Source of the DNA: Cyanosarcina radialis HA8281-LM2
GTDB taxonomy: Bacteria; Cyanobacteriota; Cyanobacteriia; Cyanobacteriales; CCAP-1448
Assembly: GCA_019359615.1 (NCBI GenBank)
Contig: JAHHHA010000035.1
Coordinates: 1-62,573 of the forward strand
Direction of reading: 5' to 3'
DNA length: 62,573 nt
Part shown: in pieces, positions 9,499-19,714 of the stretch
How the letters are laid out: each line of letters begins with the position of its first letter
Position numbering within the stretch: position 1 is the first letter of the stretch
Program-made: the position numbers and the translations under genes
Notes under the pieces: model-generated
The model's database searches: none
What the model was told of the DNA's origin: nothing
Seen by the model: only the letters and a program-made list of their open reading frames with translations

Positions 9499-11232
9499 AT
9501 GAAGAACGTCCGCAAAATTCAAATGTACAAGCCCCTCGTCGCCGCTGCCCTAATCGTTGGTGGTACCCTACAACTAGCCGCCCCAGCCCTAGCCGATGGC
9601 ACTGCCGCTGGTACGACTATCAGCAACACCGCTACCGCGACCTATGACGATCCAGATGGCAACACGATTAACGCTACCTCTAACAAAGTTGACATCAAAG
9701 TCGCAGAAGTAGCAGGTATCGATGTCAGTTCTAATAACACTCCTACTGGTGCTGCACCTGGCGGTACGATTGACTATGACTTTGTGGTTACTAACACCGG
9801 TAACGACCCCACAAAAATTGTCCTGCCTAGCACTGCTAGCGTCAGCGGTCCCGGTACTGTAACTAGCGTTATCATTTCTACCGATGCCACCTTTGGTAAT
9901 GGTGACGACCAAGTAATTACCGGTCCCTACACCACACCTTCAGTCGCAGCTGGCGAAAAAGTCTACGTCCGAGTGGTGGTGACAGTCAACGCAGGAGCTT
10001 CAACTGGAACAGCGATTAGCGTAGAATACGGTAAATCTGCCACCCCTGCTAGTACCAACCAAGATTACGTCGCTAACGGCGCGCTAGATGCTAAAACTCA
10101 AGATAACTTAGATACCGATGGTGTCGCTGGTGAAGTCAATGGCGCTCCCGTCAACGGCGTGCGCGAAGATAGTGCTGTCTCGGCCACCAACGTCGCCGAC
10201 GCACCAGGCGTATTAAACGGCCCGAATACTCAACCAGGAGCTACAGGTGCAGACAGTACCACCAGAACTGACTTTACCAATAAAACGACCTCAGTTCCAG
10301 CAGGTACTTCACCAACCACGACGATCGATCCGACTGCGATTACCTTTACCAACACCATCCAGAATACAGGTAACGGTTCTAATCCTTTTACCGTCGTTCC
10401 CACTACAGCTACAGGCATTTTAGTCGCTGGTGGCAACTTGCCAGATGGCACTAAAGTCACCATTAAAGATCCTGTCGCCAACAAAACTGCTGAATACACC
10501 TGGAATCAGGCGACTGGCACGTTCACGATTAAGGCTGGCGATACCCCGGTTGTCATCACCATTGCATCGGGTGGCACGGCTAACTATGAAGTAATAGTCG
10601 ATCTACCTACCGGCACCGACCTATCGACCAAACTGACTACCCCCGGCGATTTCAACACTGCTGTTGGTGGCTTCCCCGTACCGATTGCCGCTTACATTGA
10701 AGATGCTACTCCTGGATTCCAAGGCACTGAAGTCAACAACATCACGACCGATCGCCTCTACACTGGCTACATGGCGATGTACAAAGAGGCTCAAATTCTC
10801 GGTGCTGATAACACCACGGTCGAACAAACCTGGACTACAGATACTACCCTGTTGACCGCTAAGGCTCGCCCGAACTACTACATTCAATACCGGATTTCTT
10901 ACAAGAATATCTCGGTAGCTGTCCCATCGGGTAGCAACAGCATCGGCTTGACAGCAACAGGCTTCGCGATTACTGAAGACGGTTTGACTGCACCCAACAA
11001 CTGGGCAAAAGACAACGACACCAATAGCAAAATCGATACCAGTAGCGTGTTGGGTTCGGCTAGCGGTGCTGGCACGATCTCTTACTTCAACAACGCTCCA
11101 GCGGTTGCAGGCACCGACCAAAATGGCGATGGCACTGCCGCTAATGAAGTGACCAAGTACGTCAATACTGTGGGCGATGTGGCTCCTAATGCCGCTACGG
11201 GGACCTTCACCTTCAAGCGCAAGATCAACTAG
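9499..11232 (+). CDS. Secreted Thr-rich surface protein with DUF11 ('conserved repeat domain') repeats
   Basis: 577 aa with a signal peptide (…LQLAAPALADG). The DUF11-like pattern is …TATATYDDPDGNTINATSNKVDIKVAEVAGIDVSS…GGTIDYDFVVTNTGNDPTKIVLP…. Confidence 0.65.
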   Translation: MKNVRKIQMYKPLVAAALIVGGTLQLAAPALADGTAAGTTISNTATATYDDPDGNTINATSNKVDIKVAEVAGIDVSSNNTPTGAAPGGTIDYDFVVTNTGNDPTKIVLPSTASVSGPGTVTSVIISTDATFGNGDDQVITGPYTTPSVAAGEKVYVRVVVTVNAGASTGTAISVEYGKSATPASTNQDYVANGALDAKTQDNLDTDGVAGEVNGAPVNGVREDSAVSATNVADAPGVLNGPNTQPGATGADSTTRTDFTNKTTSVPAGTSPTTTIDPTAITFTNTIQNTGNGSNPFTVVPTTATGILVAGGNLPDGTKVTIKDPVANKTAEYTWNQATGTFTIKAGDTPVVITIASGGTANYEVIVDLPTGTDLSTKLTTPGDFNTAVGGFPVPIAAYIEDATPGFQGTEVNNITTDRLYTGYMAMYKEAQILGADNTTVEQTWTTDTTLLTAKARPNYYIQYRISYKNISVAVPSGSNSIGLTATGFAITEDGLTAPNNWAKDNDTNSKIDTSSVLGSASGAGTISYFNNAPAVAGTDQNGDGTAANEVTKYVNTVGDVAPNAATGTFTFKRKIN

Positions 11233-11247
11233 AACGACTTAGGGCAA

Positions 11248-11285
11248 GAGAGAGGAGCAATTCCTCTCTCCAACCCTTTCCGTAT
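11248..11285 (+). terminator. Candidate intrinsic terminator after the 577-aa DUF11 gene
   Basis: The stem gagagagga…tcctctctc is followed by a weak T-rich run (caaccctttccgtatttct). Confidence 0.35.
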
Positions 11286-11523
11286 TTCTACTGAAAACCT
11301 CGATCGGCAGTTAATTAAAAACAGTATTTACCTCATTTAGATATAGCAACGGGATACATATTATTGAATCATAGATGTTTCCCAGCCCATCGATCGAGTG
11401 ACTACCTCATCAAACATTGCCGATAATCTAACCTGATTTGCTCGATCGAATTGAGATTTTTGGCTGATGAAATCTCACTGCATGAAGCTTACGTCAATTA
11501 CATTAAAACTTTGGAGAGGAAAG

Positions 11524-12069
11524 ATGAAACGCTCTTATATTGCTGGAATCAGTGCTTTAGCTGTTTTGGGTGTTATCCCTTTTGCGGCTCAAATGCCTGG
11601 TATCGCTAACTTGCAAGTTAACAATCTCATCGCTCAAAATAACCAAAATAAACCCCAAGTTCAATTAACCCTCAGCGCTGACAAGAAACTAGTCCAAAAT
11701 AACCAAACATCTTGGCAAGCTTTGCAAGGCAGCGTCGTCGTTCATCCTGGAGATGTAATTCGTTATAACTTAGTCGGTCAAAACCAAGGTGGCCGCCCAG
11801 CTAAAAATGTGGTATTTACTCAACCAATTCCTAAAGGCACGGTTTACGTTCTCAATTCTGCTACTAACAACACCACCAAAGTTAGCTTCAGTATTGATGG
11901 TGGCAAGACTTTTGTAGCTAACCCTACTATTCAAGTGAAATTGGCTAACGGTAAAGTCGAAACTCGTCCCGCTCCTGCCGAACAATATTCCTTCGTTCGT
12001 TGGGATGTCAAGCAAGCTATTAACCCTAAATCTACCGTCAAAGTTTCCTATCAAGTTAAAGTTCGCTAA
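11524..12069 (+). CDS. Small secreted DUF11-like protein (~181 aa from the likely start at 11524)
   Basis: The ORF opens at 11467, but ggagaggaaagATG at 11524 gives an RBS plus a signal peptide (MKRSYIAGISALAVLGVIPFAAQ). The DUF11-like motif is …VHPGDVIRYNLVGQNQGGRPAKNVVFTQPIPKGTVYV…. Confidence 0.55.
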   Translation: MKRSYIAGISALAVLGVIPFAAQMPGIANLQVNNLIAQNNQNKPQVQLTLSADKKLVQNNQTSWQALQGSVVVHPGDVIRYNLVGQNQGGRPAKNVVFTQPIPKGTVYVLNSATNNTTKVSFSIDGGKTFVANPTIQVKLANGKVETRPAPAEQYSFVRWDVKQAINPKSTVKVSYQVKVR

Positions 12070-12211
12070 AAGTCGATCGCTCCAATTGCCAGGGGTTCAA
12101 ACCTCTGGCTAATATTTAAAGTCGGTTCGTAGAAGTTAAAAAAATAATTGAGTAATTTCTTGTGGGATAGGCATCTTGCCTGTCCCACAAGACGATCTCA
12201 ACTAAAATATT

Positions 12212-14644
12212 ATGAATAAAAGATCTAAGGCGATTAATTATAAAGCATATATTCAACTATTATTAGCTGTTGGATTTTCTGGAGTAAATTTACAGGCATA
12301 TGCGCCAGCGATGGCAAAATCTTCATCGCAATGCCAAATCCAAATCCCTTTAACAAATACAGCCAGTTATAGCTATTTATCTGATGATGAGATAATTCAA
12401 GGGTTTTCGCCAACCGTAAATGCTAGTTTTTCCCTGGAAAATCCTTCTCAAATTGTAGCTACAGGCATCAAAAATGATAGTAATAATCTAGTATTGGGTT
12501 CTGCTATCGGTTCCCTTAACGACGAACTGCTCGAATTAGGTTTTACTCCGGCTGAAGCTACTAAGAGTTCGGTAGCAGTAACGATCGCTTGGAATAAATT
12601 ACCAGAGAACCCTACTATTAACGAAATTGGTAATGCTACTAAGACCGCGATTCTTGAGACACTACCAGGTAAAAGCGATGCCGTTAACAGCCTCAATAGC
12701 TCGGCAGAACAAATTCCATTAGAACTAACTATTCGGAGTTTTGAGCGCACTTTATTACTAGCAGGATTAACTCGTCAAGAAGTAGAACGAGTATATACCA
12801 AGGTCAGTCCTACCCAAAAGTCCAACGAGGCTTGGGAAGCAATGTCGCAAGCACTACCTGAAAAAGCTGAAGTGATTGCTCGAACCCAACAAATGTGGAA
12901 TGCAGAATTAGAAAATATCCGTAAGGGGGTCAAATCTCGGATTCAAGAAGGAAATGAAATTGCTTTTACTTTTCAGGTTAATAACCCCAGCAATCTAGCA
13001 TCCCCTTTACAAATTCCTAGTGCTAGCACGATCCAACAAAAATGGCTTCAGGGTCCCGGAACTGTTAGCGGAGTTAAATATCAAATCGTGCAGGGCGATA
13101 ATACTGCTAGTTTAGAAACAACGGTGACTGAGGCCACCGACCTGACGCTGCCAGCAAATGGCAAAGCGATCGTCAAAGTCATGGTAAAAGTAGGGAAAAT
13201 TCCTACCGCTGGTGCTGCGATTACGGTGAAATTTAGCAACAACTGTACTGGAGATACAGTACAGGAAACCGTCGTCAGTTCGCCACCCCTAGCTGCTGCC
13301 CTGACCGATCCTTCTGGTAAAATTACTAGTTGCACGGGTGGAGTCTTACCCGATTACAACGGCTTCAGCGTCGGTTTGTACGAACCAGATCCCAACGATC
13401 TTACTGGGGGAATTAGAGGTGCTGTTAACCTCACGGGAACAGAAGTGCCAGATATTCCTGGCAACAACCGCCCAGCAGGTTTAGCCCCCAATACTGAAAA
13501 TAGTAATCCCTTCTTTTTAACTAATAGCGATAAGGGGCGCTACAGCTTCTTACTAGATAAAAGTAAAGGTCAGCTTGTTGAAGGTCGCAGCTATATTTTA
13601 TTAGTCAATCCACCCCAAGATTCTAATTACGGTCAGCGGCGGGTTCGTTTAGTCATCGGTCAGACGCAAACCAATGGAGAAGGTAGACAAGTAGTTAAAT
13701 ACACCGCTACGGCATTGGATGGATTACCGATTAGCATCGTCACCAATACTGGCGATCCGATTCCCCAAGATGGCAGGCAAACTGAAGGACAGTTTGGCAC
13801 TTTTGTCGAAGCCGGAGAAATCGTCATCGAAGATGCAGACAGACAAGGCTTGAGTATCGCCACGATCTCGATCGGTACTAGTGTATGCGAAGCTGCTGAT
13901 ATTCAGATTACCAAAACAGGCGATCGCGCGGCCGCCGAACCTGGAGATACAGTTATCTATCGTCTCGCTATTAGAAACTTAACTAACGCTGACATCAATA
14001 AAGTTGCAGTCACCGATATTTTACCCTTCGGTTTCCGGTTAGTTAATGATTCCGTGCGGGCGGAAATTGGTTCTCAGTCAGTACCGATTACCACTACTCA
14101 AAATGGTTCAAACGTTACTTTCCAAGCTGCCGGAGTGACATTGCCAGCTAATGGAGTAATGAACGTCGCTTATGCAGTTGTCCTCACTCCCGATGCGATT
14201 CGCGGTAATGGCGAAAATATTGCCAACGTTAACGGCCAGCGGGTTGATAATCTATTACCTGTAAAAGATGGTCCGGCAATTTATAAGTTACGCATTCGTC
14301 CAGGAATTCTGACGGATACAGGTACGATTATCGGGCGGGTTTTTGTCGATAAAAACTTTGATGGCGAACAGCAACCTGGCGAACCAGGAGTTCCCAATGC
14401 TGTAGTTCTCATGGATGATGGCAACCGAATTGTTACCGATCCAAACGGTCTATTTTCTGTTGCTAACGTTTTACCAGGTTATCGCACTGGCGTATTAGAT
14501 CTTACGAGTTTACCTGGTTACACTCTGGCTCCTAATCTCTATTTCAGCGAACGCAACAGCCAATCTCGACTAGTACACCTAGAACCAGGTGGTTTGGTGC
14601 GGATGAACTTTGGCGTTACACCTGCATCTAAAGAGGGTAAGTAA
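12212..14644 (+). CDS. Large secreted protein with a DUF11 domain and a C-terminal SdrD B-like (Cna-B-type) domain
   Basis: 810 aa. The DUF11 motif is …DIQITKTGDRAAAEPGDTVIYRLAIRNLTNADINKVAVTDILPFGFRLV… The SdrD-B-like motif is …IIGRVFVDKNFDGEQQPGEPGVPNAVVLMDDGNRIVTDPNGLFSV…. Confidence 0.65.
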   Translation: MNKRSKAINYKAYIQLLLAVGFSGVNLQAYAPAMAKSSSQCQIQIPLTNTASYSYLSDDEIIQGFSPTVNASFSLENPSQIVATGIKNDSNNLVLGSAIGSLNDELLELGFTPAEATKSSVAVTIAWNKLPENPTINEIGNATKTAILETLPGKSDAVNSLNSSAEQIPLELTIRSFERTLLLAGLTRQEVERVYTKVSPTQKSNEAWEAMSQALPEKAEVIARTQQMWNAELENIRKGVKSRIQEGNEIAFTFQVNNPSNLASPLQIPSASTIQQKWLQGPGTVSGVKYQIVQGDNTASLETTVTEATDLTLPANGKAIVKVMVKVGKIPTAGAAITVKFSNNCTGDTVQETVVSSPPLAAALTDPSGKITSCTGGVLPDYNGFSVGLYEPDPNDLTGGIRGAVNLTGTEVPDIPGNNRPAGLAPNTENSNPFFLTNSDKGRYSFLLDKSKGQLVEGRSYILLVNPPQDSNYGQRRVRLVIGQTQTNGEGRQVVKYTATALDGLPISIVTNTGDPIPQDGRQTEGQFGTFVEAGEIVIEDADRQGLSIATISIGTSVCEAADIQITKTGDRAAAEPGDTVIYRLAIRNLTNADINKVAVTDILPFGFRLVNDSVRAEIGSQSVPITTTQNGSNVTFQAAGVTLPANGVMNVAYAVVLTPDAIRGNGENIANVNGQRVDNLLPVKDGPAIYKLRIRPGILTDTGTIIGRVFVDKNFDGEQQPGEPGVPNAVVLMDDGNRIVTDPNGLFSVANVLPGYRTGVLDLTSLPGYTLAPNLYFSERNSQSRLVHLEPGGLVRMNFGVTPASKEGK

Positions 14645-14682
14645 GCGATCGCAATTTGAAACCAGAGGCAATATATTCTGGT

Positions 14683-14944
14683 CTACCGTGTATATATAAG
14701 TTATCGGTCTGAAGTTTGGCCTTTTAGATCCCCCTAAATCCCCCTTAAAAAGCGGATGCGCTGTGCGGAGGTTCCCTCCGCATACAAGCGCACCAAGCAG
14801 CGGATGCAAGCGCGGCGAGGTTCCCTCGCCATGCAGCTTGCACCAAGCAGGGGGACTTTGAGAGCGTCCCCCCTTTTTAAGGGGGGGCTAGGGGGGATCT
14901 GCGAGGGATTCAGCATCAAAACTAAAGATGTGTATACACGGTAG
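14683..14944. mobile_element. MITE-like element (~262 bp) with terminal inverted repeats ctaccgtgtatatata / tgtgtatacacggtag
   Basis: The TIRs are read directly. The interior carries nested perfect hairpins (tgcggaggttccctccgca, ggcgaggttccctcgcc) and ccccctttttaaggggg stems. The flanking duplication is attctgg(t)/attctgg(g). Confidence 0.6.
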
Positions 14945-15348
14945 ATTCTGGGTAGGGGCATGGGACAGCTAAAGTAGGCTACAGTTCGACAAGCTCACCG
15001 CAAGTCCCGCAAGAATTACCCAATTATTTTTTTAACTTCCATATATTGACTAAAAATCCGTTCTTTTCAGAACGATCGATTATTTTTGTTCTGCGGCAAT
15101 AGCAAGACTTAGTAAATTCCCATAACGCAGTCGATCGCTTTTAAAGCATTGCCTTAGAAAGACTATATCTCCTCTCAGTAAATTTACAGATATTTGGTAG
15201 GGAACTTTAGCTTACCTATTTTTTTTTGCGTGCGTTTACGGTTTCTGCCAACCCTTTAAAAATTTTAGATTAGAAACTGTAAAACTAACTACATTAAGAC
15301 TTTTAGCTGAGATGTTTGCAGTAGTTTTACCGATGAGGCTTATGAATA

Positions 15349-18300
15349 TTGATTGATATAAAAGTAGTATTAGTTAGAGACATTAATCCAGTGAAAAGCT
15401 ATTTTAAAAACGCCCAATTATTAGTTTTGATTGCTGTTTTGACCACAGTGAAAATACTGATTTTGGGTGAAGTTGCCAAAGCGAATCAGGAAAATACACC
15501 GATATCGACAGCTACTTCGTCATCTTTGGTAGCAGAACAGAACAATCTGAATCTGGACGTGCCAGCAAGTGCTGTTGGCGATCGCCCATTAGTTCCAGTT
15601 ACTACAAGTCAGACGCTAATTGCTGAAGAGACTTCGCCTTCGCCAAATACTGGAGATGCTCTAAATCCTAATCAAAATCAAACAAATACTGTTGCTCCTG
15701 AAGCTACTACAGATAACTCTAATAATACTGTCGCTCCTGAAGTTACTACAGATAACTCTAATAATACTGCTACTCCCGAAGCTACTACTAATAACTCTAA
15801 TAATACTGTCGCTCCTGAAGTTACTACAGATAACTCTAATAATACTGCTGTTCCCGAAGTTACTACAGATAACTCTACTCAACCAGAAACAACTCAACCT
15901 AGCAATCCTGTAAATAATACTGATGTCAAAATCCTAGCACCTACAACTGACACAGTTTTAGATATTCCATCTTCCAGTGTGATTCTGCAATACCCAGAGG
16001 GGGCAAAAATAGAACTGCGAGTAAATGGAAAAGTAGTTGATGATTCGTTAATCGGACGCACCGAAACAGATGCTACTACTAAATTAGTTACCCAAACCTG
16101 GTATGGCGTTTCTTTTAAAGAAGGAGAAAACACCCTCACCGCTCAAGCTCAAATTAACGGTGTTGCTGGCAATTTGGCGACATTAAAAGTCATGGTGCGA
16201 GGAGACGTTCAGCAAATTACTGTAGAGTCTGCCGAACAAAGAATTCCAGCCGATGGCCGATCGACTGCTACCATTCAAGGACAATTATTAGATGCCAACG
16301 GCAATCGTTCCAACCGGGATGCCGTGGTGACTTTAAGCGCCAGTAGCGGAGAATTCGTCGGTGCCGATTTAAATACTGACGAACCAGGATTTCAAGTTCA
16401 AGCGCGTCAAGGACAATTTACGGTCAAATTGCGATCGAATTTGAATGCCGAAACCGTGAGAATTAGAGCGGGACTTGGCAGTTTAGAAGCTTTTAACCAA
16501 GTAGAATTTGAAACTGCTTTGCGCCCTAGCATTGCCACTGGCGTAGTAGACATTCGCTTGGGTGCGAGAGGCACAGATTATTACGGTAGCCTGCGAGATT
16601 TCTTGCCACCAGATGGAGATAACAGCACTCAATTAGACGTGCGTTCGGCAGTATTCGCTACTGGAAAAGTAGGCGATTGGTTGTTTACTGGGGCTTACAA
16701 TAGCGATCGCTCCATCAACCAAGATTGCAGCGGCAATACTGGATTATCCCAAAATGTAGAAAATTGCGACCAGTATCCCGTATATGGCGATAGTTCTACC
16801 AGCGAGAGATTGGCCAGGTCGCAAGATAGCGTGTTTTTGAGATTCGAGCGCAACCGCGATTATTTCATGTGGGGCGACTACGATACTAAAGAATTCGCCA
16901 CGCGATCGCAACAATTCACCGCCATTAGCCGCCAACTGCACGGTTTCAAAGGCAACTACAACTTTGGCAACTTGCAAGTTACTGGCTTTTATGGCGATAA
17001 CGTTCAAGGTTTTCAGCGCGATACTATTGCTCCCGACGGTACCAGCGGCTATTATTTCCTATCTAAAAGGTTACTGGTTACAGGTAGCGAAGAAGTTTAC
17101 ATCGAGTTAGAAGAACTCAATCGTCCGGGAACGGTAATAGAGCGCCAACGACTCAATCGCGGTGCTGATTACGATATCGACTACGATCGCGGTACTATAT
17201 TATTTCGCGAGCCGATCTTGAGAACCGATGTCTCTCCTGAAGGTACGGTTTTAGTCAGACGAATCGTTACTACTTATCAATTTGAAGATAAGGATAATAC
17301 AGCTAATATCTTCGCTGGCAGATTGCAATACAATTTCTCTCGCCAACAAGACCGCGAAAGTTGGATTGGGGCTACCTACTTTAAGGAAAACCAAGGCAAT
17401 CGCAACTTTGAACTTTACGGTGCCGATGCTTTCGTCTCTTTGGGGACAAAAGGCAGTCTAATCGCTGAATACGCCCATTCTACCCACAATTCCGACCTGA
17501 TGGGAGAGGTTTCTGGTTCTGCTTATCGACTAGAAGCCCAAGGACAAATTATTGATGGCGTTCAAGGTCGGGCTTATTTCCGTTCGGCCGATGCTGGTTT
17601 TGCTAACAATGCTACCGTCAGCTTCGTTCCAGGGCAAACCCGTTACGGGGCTGAACTGACGGCTAGACTTTCTGATACTACTAACTTCCGAGTCGGATAC
17701 GATCGCGAAAATAACTTTGGTGTTGCCCCTCGTCCTTTAGATACCTTTGAAGATCTCTTCAATCGGGGTAGTTCTGCCGTTCCCGGTAGCAAGGTAGATA
17801 ACTCCCTCACTACCATCACCGCTGGAGTGCAACAGCGGATTGGTAAATCTACCGTCGATGTAGACTTCATCCATCGCCAGCGGGAAGATCGTCAACCTAA
17901 CAATCCTACCAGCGATACCTCGAACCAGTTGCGATCGCGGGTGAATATTCCAATTACCGATAACCTGACATTTCGGGCCCAAAACGAACTCAACCTTTCT
18001 AAAGACCAAGATATCGCTTATCCCGATCGCACGATCGTCGGTTTGAACTGGCAAGCCTATCCTGGTATCAACATCGCTTTGAACCATCAATTCTTCACCA
18101 GCCAAGAAGAAGGCTCTGGCAATAATTCTATTACTAGCTTGGATATCACGGGCGAACGCAAAATTTGGGACAATACCACGATTAAAGCGCGTTACTCGGT
18201 TATCAACGGGTTTGATGGTTTAACCGGACAAGGGGCCATCGGTTTGAACCACCAGTGGGTAATCGCCCCAGGATTGCGGATGGATTTAGCTTACGAACAC

Positions 18301-19179
18301 ATCTTCGGCGACATCTTTAATCGCACTGGTGCTGGCAAGCAATTCGCGCAACCTTTTGCCCCCGGACAAAGTGCTTCCTCTATCGGCGTAGAAAGCGGCG
18401 ATAGCTATAGCGTCGGTTTGGAATACACCGACAACCCCAATTTTAAAGCCAGCGCCCGCTTCCAGCATCGCACCTCTTCTGGAGGTAGCAATACAGTGAT
18501 TTCTGCCTCGGCTGCTGGTAAGATTTCTCCAGCCTTGACAGCCCTGGCAAGCTATCAACAAGCCAACTCTGCCAACCAAACCCTGAGAGGTTTAGGAGAT
18601 ACAGCTAACCTCAAAGTCGGTTTGGCCTACCGCGATCCTAATGACGATCGCTTTAACGCTCTGTTACGTTATGAATATCGCAAAAACCCTTCGACCATTC
18701 CTAACACTATCTTGTTCGGCAGCGGTACGGGATATGAAGATCATACCTTCGCGGCGGAAGCCATTTATGCCCCCAACTGGCGATGGGAGTTTTATGGCAA
18801 ATACGCCCTGCGTACCAGCACTACTTTCTTAGCTGAAGATTACGTCGGCAAAAGTACGACTTCTTTAGCGCAATTGCGGGCTACTTATCGGCTCAATTCC
18901 AAAATGGATTTAGTCGGAGAAGGGCGGTTTATCAACCAACCGACTACTGGCTATTCTGAAACGGGATTAGTGTTAGAAGCTGGTTACTATATCACTCCTA
19001 ATTTACGTTTATCTGCTGGCTACGTTTTTGGGAGTGCTGACGATCGCGATTTCGGCGGCAGCAGAACGGCTGGCGGTCCGTATATCGGTTTGACAGTCAA
19101 GGTCAACGAGTTGTTTGGCTTTGGCTTGCAAAAGGTGGCTCCACCTCAACAGCAAGAATCTGAAGTAAGTAATAAGTAA
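15349..19179 (+). CDS. Giant surface/outer-membrane protein: N-terminal Thr/Asn 11-aa tandem repeats, Big_1 (invasin-like) Ig domains, and a ~700-aa C-terminal predicted beta-barrel
   Basis: 1276 aa. The repeats read TVAPEATTDNSNN / TVAPEVTTDNSNN. The Big_1-like segment is (…QITVESAEQRIPADGRSTATIQGQLLDANGNRSNRDAVVTLSASSGEF…). The C-terminal half has alternating aromatic/polar strands ending …GPYIGLTVKVNELFGFGL. The true start may be downstream of 15349. Confidence 0.55.
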   Translation: MIDIKVVLVRDINPVKSYFKNAQLLVLIAVLTTVKILILGEVAKANQENTPISTATSSSLVAEQNNLNLDVPASAVGDRPLVPVTTSQTLIAEETSPSPNTGDALNPNQNQTNTVAPEATTDNSNNTVAPEVTTDNSNNTATPEATTNNSNNTVAPEVTTDNSNNTAVPEVTTDNSTQPETTQPSNPVNNTDVKILAPTTDTVLDIPSSSVILQYPEGAKIELRVNGKVVDDSLIGRTETDATTKLVTQTWYGVSFKEGENTLTAQAQINGVAGNLATLKVMVRGDVQQITVESAEQRIPADGRSTATIQGQLLDANGNRSNRDAVVTLSASSGEFVGADLNTDEPGFQVQARQGQFTVKLRSNLNAETVRIRAGLGSLEAFNQVEFETALRPSIATGVVDIRLGARGTDYYGSLRDFLPPDGDNSTQLDVRSAVFATGKVGDWLFTGAYNSDRSINQDCSGNTGLSQNVENCDQYPVYGDSSTSERLARSQDSVFLRFERNRDYFMWGDYDTKEFATRSQQFTAISRQLHGFKGNYNFGNLQVTGFYGDNVQGFQRDTIAPDGTSGYYFLSKRLLVTGSEEVYIELEELNRPGTVIERQRLNRGADYDIDYDRGTILFREPILRTDVSPEGTVLVRRIVTTYQFEDKDNTANIFAGRLQYNFSRQQDRESWIGATYFKENQGNRNFELYGADAFVSLGTKGSLIAEYAHSTHNSDLMGEVSGSAYRLEAQGQIIDGVQGRAYFRSADAGFANNATVSFVPGQTRYGAELTARLSDTTNFRVGYDRENNFGVAPRPLDTFEDLFNRGSSAVPGSKVDNSLTTITAGVQQRIGKSTVDVDFIHRQREDRQPNNPTSDTSNQLRSRVNIPITDNLTFRAQNELNLSKDQDIAYPDRTIVGLNWQAYPGINIALNHQFFTSQEEGSGNNSITSLDITGERKIWDNTTIKARYSVINGFDGLTGQGAIGLNHQWVIAPGLRMDLAYEHIFGDIFNRTGAGKQFAQPFAPGQSASSIGVESGDSYSVGLEYTDNPNFKASARFQHRTSSGGSNTVISASAAGKISPALTALASYQQANSANQTLRGLGDTANLKVGLAYRDPNDDRFNALLRYEYRKNPSTIPNTILFGSGTGYEDHTFAAEAIYAPNWRWEFYGKYALRTSTTFLAEDYVGKSTTSLAQLRATYRLNSKMDLVGEGRFINQPTTGYSETGLVLEAGYYITPNLRLSAGYVFGSADDRDFGGSRTAGGPYIGLTVKVNELFGFGLQKVAPPQQQESEVSNK
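15691..15885 (+). repeat. Six tandem 33-bp in-frame repeats within the 1276-aa gene (ACTGTCGCTCCTGAAGTTACTACAGATAACTCTAATAAT)
   Basis: Directly visible near-perfect tandem units encoding T(V/A)APE(A/V)TTDNSNN. Confidence 0.85.
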
Positions 19180-19199
19180 TAAGTAATAGGTAATTAATT

Positions 19200-19424
19200 A
19201 TGTTTAAACCGAAAATAACAACCACTAAATCGTTTGATTGGAAGCAGCTAGCACCTCGAACCAAGGCTGAAAAAGAAAAATTTGTTTGGGCATTAGTTAT
19301 TACTTGCTGCGTGCCATTTATCGCTCAGCAAGCAGATGCTAGCACTTCTGCAAAAGTAGAAGCAAAACAATTGCCACTACAACTAACAATTAATAGTGGT
19401 ATAGCCAGTCTAAATCATTCATGA
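19200..19424 (+). pseudogene. Truncated paralog: N-terminal (signal-peptide) fragment of the downstream beta-helix gene
   Basis: The 74-aa ORF …KAEKEKFVWALVITCCVPFIAQQADASTSAKVEAKQLPLQLTINSG matches the N-terminus of the 19715-21358 product (…SKREKLILALVITCCLPLIAPPADAVTPVKAEAEKLLLQVTVNS). It is followed immediately by a MITE-like element. Confidence 0.4.
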
Positions 19425-19506
19425 AATTGCGATCTAGCCGTCCTGGCTGTCCCACAGGTAGGCAGGAAAGCCATTAGTGTCAAGTTAACAGTCAAAACCT
19501 TTATCC

Positions 19507-19627
19507 GTCAGGGGTTGAAAACCCCTGCCTCAAAGCTAAAGTCCTCGCTCAGAGGACTAAATATAGTCACGCTTAGTCCATTTTAATGGACTTGTGCTAT
19601 TAGCCAGAGGTTTTGAACCTCTGGCGG
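19507..19627. repeat. MITE-like nested-hairpin repeat (gtcaggggttgaaaacccctgcc … gaggactaa … ccagaggttttgaacctctggcgg)
   Basis: A near-copy lies at 50243-50376. Single-hairpin relatives lie at ~12090-12115 and ~23715-23740. Confidence 0.65.
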
Positions 19628-19714
19628 TTGGCGCTGAAGATCGAGGTACAGCAATGGCTCTAGCCCTAATCAAAAATCAAACAGTTAAAAAATATTCATA
19701 ACTTAGAATCGGAT

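Noticed and set aside
9589-11121. Minus-strand ORFs (107, 89, 166 aa) inside the 577-aa DUF11 gene
   Set aside because: Shadow ORFs within a strongly supported plus-strand gene that has a signal peptide and domain motifs.
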